Shown one piece after another: positions 21,190 through 30,294 of a DNA stretch of 32,031 nt (its first letter is position 1; every line of letters starts with the position of its first letter). The notes beneath the pieces are model-generated. The model did not search any database. It was not told the DNA's origin and saw only the letters and a list, made by a program, of their open reading frames with translations. The DNA lies in the NCBI RefSeq assembly GCF_000760515.2, contig NW_013546267.1, positions 1 through 32,031 on the forward strand, given 5' to 3'. Origin of the DNA: Mitosporidium daphniae (taxonomy: Eukaryota). The translations under genes were made by a program, and so were the position numbers.

Positions 21190-24100
21190 ATGCAATCCAC
21201 CTCCAAGTCTACCCATAAGCGTGACCGGCTCCTCGAGATTGAACGGCTGGTTCAGGCCAATTGGGCCTCACACAGGACTTTTGAAATCGATGCGTAAGTC
21301 TGCATGTCTCATACTAGTGATTCGCAAGGGACACCAAAGTTTATGGCCACATTTCCCTTCCCATACATGAATGGCCGACTCCACCTTGGCCATTCCTTTT
21401 CACTGTCAAAGGCAGAATTTGCCATTGGCTTTGAACAGCTCCGGGGAAAAAAGACGCTGTTCCCATTTGGATTTCACTGTACGGGCATGCCTATAAAGGC
21501 ATGTGCGGATAAACTTGCTTTTGAGCTTCAGAATCGCGCCTGCACCGAACCCCAGTCCTCAGTATGCGAGATTGCGCCCTCATGTGGAGCGGGAACGATA
21601 AAGGTACACGGAGTTCACTGATCGCCGTAGCATTCAAAAGTTCTGGCAAAAACGGGCAATGAGACTTCGCAATTCAAGATCATGGAGGCGCATGGCATTG
21701 CTTGTGAAGAGATCCCAAAGTTTGCCGATCCGGAATACTGGCTTGAATACTTTCCGCCTCGCGCAATCGAGGACTTGAAGAGGTTTGGCATCAAGGTCGA
21801 CTGGAGACGCTCGTTCATCACGACAGACAAAAATCCCTACTTTGACTCGTTTGTCCGCTGGCAGTTTAATTTGCTCAAACAACAAGACTTGGTTCGATTT
21901 GGAAAGCGATATACCATTGTCTCTCCTAAAGATATGCAGCCTTGCCAGGATCATGATCGTGCTTCTGGAGAAGGTGTAAACCCGCAAGAATATACAGCCG
22001 TTCTTTTTAGAGTTGTTCCGGACGTGAAGTCTGACCCGCTTTTTGCGCTGATTTCGGAACCATCTCAACACGGCATTTCAAACGCACAAGTTTACCTGAT
22101 TGCCGCTACGCTTCGACCGGAAACTCTATATGGTTTGACAAATCTTTGGGCATCCGCCGATATCCAGTACGTCGCATTTCGCCATACTGCTGGGTGGATT
22201 GGGATCTGCACGGAGAGGGCTCTTCTGAATGGATCCTACCAAGGATGGACACCCACCATGGGCTCCTATCACATAATTTGCCCAATTTTGGGATCACAAC
22301 TGATGGGCGTCAAGGTAGAGTCTCCAATAGCCTCTTCTTGCACCTCACCATCGTCTTATGATGACTTATTTGTGTTGCCATTTCTGAATTTGCTTCCCGA
22401 TAAAGGAACAGGGATAGTAGCGTCTGTGCCTTCCGATTCTCCAGATGACTATGCTGCTCTTTGGGACTTGCGACAGAAGCCAGCCTTGAGGGCAAAGTTT
22501 GGCATCTCGGATGAAATGGTTCTTCCATTTGAACCAATCGGTATTATCCAAACCCAGGGCTATTCCACTCCACTTTTGGCTTCTGAGCTCTGTGCTACCT
22601 TCAATATCCGCTCGCAAAATGACAAAGAGGCACTTGCCAAAGCCAAAGCCCTTGCCTATAAGGATGGCTTTTATTCTGGAATCATGCTTACAGGCCCTTA
22701 TAAGGGACAAACCGTGGCAGATGCCAAGCCTTTGATCAAAGCGGATATTCTGTCCTCCAAAAAGGCCATTTCTTACTGCGAGCCAGAAGGAAAGGTTGTC
22801 GCTAGAACTGGGGATGAATGCGTGGTTGCGCTGATGGACCAGTGGTACATTGCATATGGGGAACCTTGCTGGAAAGAAAAGGTTGTAGCTCTTCTTGGGT
22901 GCATGGAGCTTTTTCATGAAGAAGCTCGCCATCAAATGGACTTTATCATCAATTGGCTGGGTCAATGGGCCTGTGCTCGGTCGTTTGGGCTTGGATCTCG
23001 CTTGCCATGGGACACTTCTTTTCTTGTTGAATCGCTGTCGGATTCTACCATCTACATGGCATATTACACCGTTTCGCATTTCCTACAAAACGGATCTCTA
23101 GACGGCTCTGGGGGCACCATCGCTGCATCGGAAATGACAGGTGCAGTGTGGAGCTTTCTTTTTAACGGATCTAGTGCACAATCAAAGTCTGATATTCCGA
23201 AAGAAGTTCTTGCCTCGTCCCAAATCCCACCTGATCTGTTATTGAAAATGAAAAGAGAGTTCTCCTTCTGGTATCCGATGGATCTTCGTGTTTCGGGAAA
23301 GGATCTTTTATTTAATCATTTAACCTTTATGCTTTATGCCCACTGTGCGCTGTTCCCAAAGCCATGTTGGCCAAAGGGAATGCGCGTAAATGGTCATCTT
23401 TTGTTGAATGCAGCAAAGATGTCTAAATCGACCGGGAATTTTATGACCCTGTCCGATGCGTTGGATAGCTTTTCGGCCGACGCCACTCGATTTGCACTTG
23501 CAGACGCCGGAGATACCCTCGATGATGCCAACTTTAGCGTGGAGACTGCAAATGCAGCTGTTCTGAAGCTGCACACTCTTCTTGAATGGATGGAGTCTGT
23601 GGTTTGCTCGGATTTGCAAAGGACCGATGAAACGGCCCTAAATGTGTTTGACAAAATCATGCTGGCCAGGATGGATGATTGTGTGCAAAGGGCCTACGAT
23701 GCTTATGATAAGATGCTTTACCGCGAAGCACTAAAGTGGTCATTTCACGAGCTTACTAATGCTCGCGATCGATACCGAGAACTGTGTTCGTCCGGCTCTA
23801 CCAAATGCGGCCTGCATACCATGGTCATTAATAGATACATCCGGATTCAAGCTATCTTGATGTACCCGATTACATCACACTTTTCAGAGTATATCTTGGC
23901 TCTGATTGAAGGGAAAGAGTTTCTTCCTGAACGGCCGCGTTGGCCTGCAACGTTTTTGCCGTTGCAAGAGGTCCGCGAGCTGCTTTCTATTGATGCATAC
24001 GCGATCGATGTAGAGTATCGCTTGAGAATAGCGCTTGGATCGATGAAAAAAGGAGAAAATGCCCTCACCATCATTGTCGCCAAGGAAATCCCTTCGTGGC

Positions 24101-24609
24101 AGAAGATCATAATCGAATTGCTGGAGTCTCTACATCGCAAACAGGCAGATTTTCCTCACAAAGTTTGGTGTGAAGAAGATTCCGCCATCATTTCACGCAT
24201 GCATGCTGCTCTGAAAAATAGCCTACCACCTCTTCCAAAAGAAATCTCAAAGAAAGTGGTCCCATGGATGGTTGAATTGAAAAAGAGAGTCGAGTCTGTA
24301 GGCCCTTCCGCTTTTAATCGTTTGCTTCTGTTTGACGAGATGCAAATGCTTGATGTTTTCCTGCCTCATTTAAGGCACGCCCTTTCTTTGCCAGCATTGC
24401 CTATTTTTACGGTGGAAAAGCTTTCGGCCAATCAGGGCAATGCCGCCTCTCCCCTGGAGGCGTTTTTGATGCAGAAGATGACCCTGGCAATCCCTGGCGA
24501 GCCTGCAATAGTGTGTTATCAAGCAGAAAAATATTCGACTGAAGACCTGGCGTCCCGCCTGCAGGGCACCGGTTTGGATGAGATATCAGCTAACGGACAT
24601 AAATGTTAG
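21190..24609 (+). CDS. CDC60: Cytosolic leucyl-tRNA synthetase (3 exons)
   Basis: Exons 21190-21293, 21318-21603, 21631-24609 (introns 24 and 27 nt). Motifs [14 protein letters not shown] (HIGH), [52 protein letters not shown]. Confidence 0.97.
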
Positions 24610-24685
24610 TTCCTTGTGACACAGACGCTTAAATTTTCGTAATTTGCTTTTTTGGAATTTCAAGTTGCCTTGGTGCGTGCCATGT

Positions 24686-24711
24686 GGGAGGGGAGGGGAG
24701 GGGAGGGAGGG
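24686..24711 (+). repeat. (GGGGA)n tract, potential G-quadruplex
   Basis: gggaggggaggggaggggagggaggg: six G3-4 runs with 1-nt A loops, 45 bp upstream of the Bub1-like ATG. Confidence 0.8.
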
Positions 24712-24756
24712 CAGTGCATTTTAATTTGAAATAAAAATCCCAACTTCCAATTTCGA

Positions 24757-26883
24757 ATGGAGTCGAGCTTTGACCCCCTAGGCATGGAGATGTCGCGTTC
24801 CCTGCCAACAGACGATTGTGAAAAAATCAAGCGCATCATTTTAAAATTCATCAACGATAAAAGCTACCGTCAAGACCGTCGCCTTTTGCAGCTTATTATT
24901 TCTTTTTGTGAACATCCTCGCACTTGTGACGAGGAGAGTGATGCACTGTACGCCCAGGTGCTTGACTTGGAGATTTGTAAATTTTCATCCCAACTGTATT
25001 TGCATCTGTCAAACTATTACGAAAATAGAAGGCGAAGGTATGTGTAACCATCATCCATAAAGCTTACTAGTCCCATCCAGGCTGAGCATATTTTGCGCAT
25101 CGGATTGTCTCATGAAGCCGAGCCGATGTTTCTTTTAAAACAAGCCTTAGAATCCATCATCAGCAGGTCAGGAGCCAAGAAAAGCACGGCCTCGGCCACC
25201 CGCCGTGGATACAACGCAGAGCTGCTGGGAATGGTGCCCGGTTCGGATATCTATTGCCTCTCTTTTGAGGAGGCTAGATCAAAGCTCTATCTGAGAAGCG
25301 TTGCTGCAACAACTGCCGCCAACGATGTGTACATTTCGGAAATACCTGCTACTTTTGTTGAAAGCTCTCCTCCCTCTTTTCCCCTCTCCTTTAATGATGA
25401 GAATTCGCCCTTTCTTGACGCCAATTTTAGTGACGCTAGAGCTCCAAAAGTCGATCCTAAAAGCCCCAACTTTCAAAATGAAAAATCGGTCCTGTCTATT
25501 TCTTCTTTCTATGATGTTGGGAGTGAGAGCGAATGTGCTATATCTGCCTCTACCTCTGCTGATCGGTGTTTCGCGGGAGCTTTGGACAATTATCAATCAT
25601 TAGAAATAGTGCCTGTCCAACATGTGACCCTCGAAAGCTTCGACGAAAAGCCTGCAACGGAAGCCAGTCCTTCCGAAAAGGACTGCCCTATCAATGAAGA
25701 CGAAATTGTACTTATAAAAGGCGATAAAAAGATCGTTGATTCTGTAATTAGAAACGAACCCCCGGAATGTGTTGATATGGCAGATGGTAGCCATGTAAGT
25801 GCCTCTTCATTAACTACTTCATTTTCAACATTCAAAGCCTTGTGTTGTGCACCGGATTTTCAAATTTTAAACGAAAAAGATGCCAAATTCTGTGGGACTC
25901 CTCTTGTCAGGCTGATGCTTTTCCTCGAATTTTGTCATGCTCTTTCTCCGTTTTCTTCTCATAGCGGAAGAAAATCAATTTTGCCGCGAAAATCCTTTTC
26001 CTCAAAGGCAGCAGACTTTTCCAAACTCTCCACAGACATTTATCCGTTCCTTCTCATCGGAGAGCAATACAGATTTGTCCAAAAACTGCCAAACTCTTCC
26101 TATTTGATACAGGAGTTTTCTTCTTTAAAACAAAAGCTATCCTTTTTTATCCTTAGGAAAGTGGACGACTTTTCCAGCGCGAAAAACGAATGCCAGGCCT
26201 CCATTCTTATCAATGATCCGCGATATCAATTCCGTTTGCTTTGTGAAGGCCTCACAGAGTATGCCACAATGATGGGGAAATTTACAATTGTGCTGGCCCC
26301 GTTTGTTTCGCAATATGCCATCAAAGACGTCGTAGAGACCGCAAATGCCATTTCACCATTTCCAGATGAAATTATAGCCTTGCAACTTGTCAGGTCCGTG
26401 CTTAATCTTTTGGCAGATATTCATCGTCGAGGTGTTGCACACGGGTCTTTCTCTTGTGAAAACATTCTCTTTGTCCTCAACGATGATGATGATGATGACA
26501 GTGATGATGAGATGGAATGTGAGGGTGAGGCTGGAAATAATATCAGCAGTGAGTTCTTTTCTCTTGCCTTTTCGGATTTTTCTAGCTGCCGCTGCAATGG
26601 TGAGATTTCGCCTTTGATCATTGAAAAAGAAAGAACGTTGTTGCGGTCTCTGATTTCATATATCATCCAGGCGAATCACGAGTACTTTTTCCTAAAGTCT
26701 GTTTATAAGGAGGCCATATGGGACCCGATTTTAGCTGATATATCCGTTTTCGAAGGCTTATTTGGGGAATGTTTAAGGGACAAGTATATACCGGTCATTG
26801 ATGCACTACTGGGCCGATATCAAGGCTTTCCGTCGCCCCTCTCCAAGCTGCAAAGAATCTCCATATTGCTCTATGAGCTTTAG
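24757..26883 (+). CDS. BUB1: Bub1/Mad3-family spindle checkpoint protein with degenerate kinase domain (2 exons)
   Basis: DPL start. Mad3/Bub1 TPR segment Y.QD.R.L.L...LY......E...AEHILRIGL...AEP...L is joined by 33-nt intron 25038-25070. GLEBS-like LSFEEARS. C-terminal kinase remnant IHRRGVAHGSFSCENIL and LAFSDFS. Confidence 0.8.
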
Positions 26884-26920
26884 AACCAAACAGACCATAA
26901 GATTTTTATTAAAAGACGCT

Positions 26921-27940
26921 CTATAGAGCCTTGCGATGTATCCTCAATTTCGAAATGTCCAGCGAATACAAACTGGGCTCCAACAAAATATCTTTTGTGT
27001 ATATTAGTTTTGAGAATCCCAATAGAATGGGCAATAAAATATTGTTTATCATCAACCGGGGCATCCAGCTAAACATTGGTCTGTTGGAACAGAAATATGC
27101 GGACGCTTTGAAAATAATTGGGCCCAACACGGGAAGTACTTTTCGAGCGGTAAGCATTCCGGTGGAGTCGATACCAGTGGTATGGACAAGAAACCCATCT
27201 TGTTCCAAGGACAATATTTTGCCCGAGTGCATCCATCTTGACGAATAATGAGAGGAAAAAGAGCTGAAATCTGCAAGGAACCGTGGCGTGAGGCTTGAAA
27301 ATTGAAAGCAAAATTCTGCCAGTAAGGATTTTCTAGAGAGGCTGCAAAGATCCAAACCTCCACACAAAGATAGAGACCCAAAGGAAGGTCTAAACCCCTC
27401 ACACGCAAACAGATTCACTCCTATCCCTATGATCAGTGTTATTTCGGATCCAAAAGATGAGGAGCTTACTAGAACGCCACCGACCTTCACAGAATGATCC
27501 CCATCAATGAACACAATGTCGTTAGGCCATTTGATCCCAATCTGTTTGAAACAAATAGAAGATGGGTCGTATATACAAGAAAAGGGATCGGAAATCGAGA
27601 AAGGGCGGATGGCACAAGCAAAGGAGCTAATCGCCTCCACCATCGCCAAAGACGCATAATATTGAAAAAGGCTGATTTGGCTTTGGGACTGTTTTGGTAA
27701 TTTTAAAATAAACGAAAATTGCAGAGCAGCAGGGATTGACACCCAAGAATTGGAACCGCGCCCTCGACCGTTTGTTTGGTGGTCAGCAACCAGTATTGTC
27801 CCCGATCGATATTGATGGCTATTCTGCTCAAGAAATCTTTGGGTTGAATCTATTGTTTGAAATGATACTATCGAAGCGCCAAAATCATCCTGTGTTTTCT
27901 TGAGCAGGCTAGCGAACAGCTCCTCGCTGAAGTGACCCAT
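26921..27940 (-). CDS. BPL1: Biotin-protein ligase (holocarboxylase synthetase), catalytic-domain-only form
   Basis: DSTQ, ADHQTNGRGRGSNSWVS, LQFS, IKWPNDI, KVGGVLV, IIGIGVN, Y..RWMHSG, GIDSTGML. First in-frame ATG is 27940; the true start is uncertain (see finding). Confidence 0.92.
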   Translation of the reverse strand: MGHFSEELFASLLKKTQDDFGASIVSFQTIDSTQRFLEQNSHQYRSGTILVADHQTNGRGRGSNSWVSIPAALQFSFILKLPKQSQSQISLFQYYASLAMVEAISSFACAIRPFSISDPFSCIYDPSSICFKQIGIKWPNDIVFIDGDHSVKVGGVLVSSSSFGSEITLIIGIGVNLFACEGFRPSFGSLSLCGGLDLCSLSRKSLLAEFCFQFSSLTPRFLADFSSFSSHYSSRWMHSGKILSLEQDGFLVHTTGIDSTGMLTARKVLPVLGPIIFKASAYFCSNRPMFSWMPRLMINNILLPILLGFSKLIYTKDILLEPSLYSLDISKLRIHRKAL

Positions 27941-28042
27941 TACGGTGGTATGTTTGGGGCGGTCCAAAAATCAAGTAACATCTCAAATTTATTGAAAAAT
28001 TTGCAATTTACAAGATTTTAAATTCAGTTAGATTGGCTCTTC

Positions 28043-28791
28043 ATGAAAATTGATACCCCCAAGGATGGTGCGGTTTCAGATGAAGAGGGCTCCAGGTCCA
28101 AGGATCTCTTACCATTCTCAATCTCAGAAATAGCGGCATACATATGCTCACTGCCCGATTCCTTTTTTCCGCGTCGCCGGCTTTATCTCCCGAAGATTCA
28201 AAAGACGCTTGTTTTGGACTTGGATGAAACACTGGTGCACTCCACAAGTAAATCTTCACGCAACTATGACGCAATGATTGAGGTTCTTGTGGGAAAGTCT
28301 TCTTGCCTCTATTACGTCTTCAAAAGGCCATATGTTGACCTGTTCTTGAAAAAAGTAAGCTTGATACCGTTACTTTAGATATCGGAATGGTATCGAATAG
28401 TGATTTTTACGGCATCACTTCCGGAATATGCAGATCCCGTGATAGACTGGCTCGACTCGACATCTGTTCTCCTTCAAAAACGCCTCTTTAGACAGGTTTG
28501 TTAAATTCTTATAAATAGTCATGTATTGCCAGAAGTGGTGTTTATTTGAAGGATCTACGCATAATTGAGCCCAATCTTGCCCACATAGCACTGATAGACA
28601 ATGCCACTGCAAGCTTCATCATCAACCCAGGTATTTGCAAATGCATTATTTTAGAAAACGGGATTCTTGTGGACTCATGGTTCAGCGACAGGAAAGACGA
28701 AGCCCTGCTGGATCTATTACCTTTTCTTGATGCGCTTAGATTTGTAGATGATTTTAGAAGCGTCCTATCGCTACGCAGGTTTCAAAAGTAA
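28043..28791 (+). CDS. NEM1: Nem1/CTDNEP1 (Dullard)-type HAD/FCP1-family phosphatase (4 exons)
   Basis: KTLVLDLDETLVHS, LYYVFKRP.VD.FL, WY..VIFTAS..EYADPVIDWLD, KDL, IDN, LLDLLPFLDALRF..D.RSVL. Introns 28355-28378 (24), 28496-28518 (23), 28631-28654 (24). Confidence 0.88.
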
Positions 28792-28848
28792 ATTATGCCA
28801 CCACCGTCAACTTGTAATAAAATGTTGTAATTTAAAGTTTATTTTCCG

Positions 28849-29597
28849 ATGTCAGAGAGTAAGCTCTCTGCCTTTGGCTCTCAAACATCGCTCTCGCCGT
28901 CTATTTTCTCTCCCACATGTTACTCTGTTGTTGGGGAACATGGGATGGATATTTGTAGCTTTTATCGTGTCTTTTCCATACTAATTTCTCGAATCATGTG
29001 CTCCCAAGCTTGCGCGGCAACTGAGAGACCCATAGGGACCTCCCAATTTGAGTATTTTGAAAAAGAATTTGTGTCTCTCTTATTCGAGTCGCTACTTAAG
29101 TGTATTTTTGTTTATTAATCTTCTCGATAGATATAAACAGGCTTGCATGCACTACGCGAAAGCTGTCGCTGGCTGCTTCTCGATCCAGGCCTGTTGTTTT
29201 GGATCTGGTACAAGCTATTAGAAATGAAAACAAGGGGATGCCAATGAATTGGCTTAACCTCTTGAAGTGTCAACCCATGTTGGGTAATACACCTCTGATG
29301 GAGCCAAATGCCATGCTAAGCATGGATGAAAATACGAACCTCGTCAAAGATGGCCTCCCCCCACTCCCTCCACATCACACGTACAAGTCAACACCGGTCT
29401 TGGTAAACAGGTCCCTTAATCAATCCCGAATAATTTTAAAAACAGCAAAGGAGAAACTACGGCTGGAGAAGAACCTTAGGCACCTGATGCAAATGTCTCA
29501 TTCCGGACACTCTCGAATCAATGCCCATGCACCTGGCTCTTTTTTCTTTATTCAGGGATCAAATCAACCACATCTTAAGAGATTTCAATTTTCATAA
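28849..29597 (+). CDS. TAF8: TFIID subunit TAF8-like (histone fold + TAF8_C), 2 exons
   Basis: The 29-nt intron 29102-29130 yields SLLKYINRLA...AASRSRP...DL (BTP histone fold). C-terminal LPPLPPHHTYKSTP...LEKNLRHL matches TAF8_C. Confidence 0.82.
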
Positions 29598-29634
29598 GCA
29601 TGTTTGTAGCAATAAATTTATTGGTATACGTTGT

Positions 29635-30012
29635 TTATTTGTTTAGAAGTACGGCACCCATTTGATCCCCACCGACCTGGAAAGACCTAACGTCAATGAC
29701 ATCCTCATTTTCCATCCCTAACTTATGAGGTGTATCTGTCGGGTTGATCCGTTCCCCATCGAACAGGAATCTGAGGGAGGAGACGCTTTTACCTTGTTTT
29801 TCGGCATAGTTGTCCATTAGCTTTTTTAACTGCGTAGTGGTTTTTATCCTGAAGTACATTTCCGAAAAGCCCTATGATTAAAACAAAAATTGTACGGCCC
29901 CAACAACTTTAATATTTATGTGCTTCTTCTCGTCCGTAGGTTCATGCCCAAGCTGAGCAGCATTCGCATCTACCGATAATGAGTTGGATTCTAAATTCGG
30001 ACTAAAAGACAT
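29635..30012 (-). CDS. SMT3: SUMO precursor (2 exons)
   Basis: Exons 29896-30012 and 29635-29871 (24-nt intron). HINIKVVG..E.YFRIK.TT.LKKLM..Y..KQG...LRFLFDGERI...DTP..L.ME.EDVIDV..QVGG plus a 10-aa propeptide. Confidence 0.96.
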
Positions 30013-30080
30013 AAATTTAGGAATTTAAAATCTAATATTAAAAGACAAGATTAAGAATTTAAAATACATTAAAAGACATA
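30003..30080. repeat. Imperfect 31-36-bp tandem triplication overlapping the SUMO start
   Basis: taaaagaca at 30003, 30039, 30070; gaatttaaaat at 30021 and 30055. Confidence 0.75.
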
Positions 30081-30120
30081 ATTAATTTTCTGATGCATCC
30101 TAACCAAATACAACCATGTT

Positions 30121-30220
30121 ATACTATGATATGGTGTGATGTGTTAGCTTATTTTAGGATTCGGTGTGATATCTCAAGTCATTCTGGGATATCCTACGAT
30201 ATGCTAAGATATGCTGAATG
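30121..30220. repeat. Degenerate 10-bp-period array (GATAT phased) in a divergent promoter
   Basis: GAT starts at 30128, 30138, 30158, 30168, 30188, 30198, 30208 (all 8 mod 10). AT starts 8 of 10 consecutive decamers. Confidence 0.75.
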
Positions 30221-30294
30221 GCCATACCATGTCGCATATGTAATTCTATTTTAAAACTAAATTTGTTTGCAATACAAAAATTAAAAATTCATCC

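Noticed and set aside
22366..23079. Long antisense or alternative-frame ORFs (also 12917-13564, 14153-14623, 5363-5719 and others)
   Set aside because: They lie within well-supported genes and show no recognisable motifs; typical shadow ORFs.
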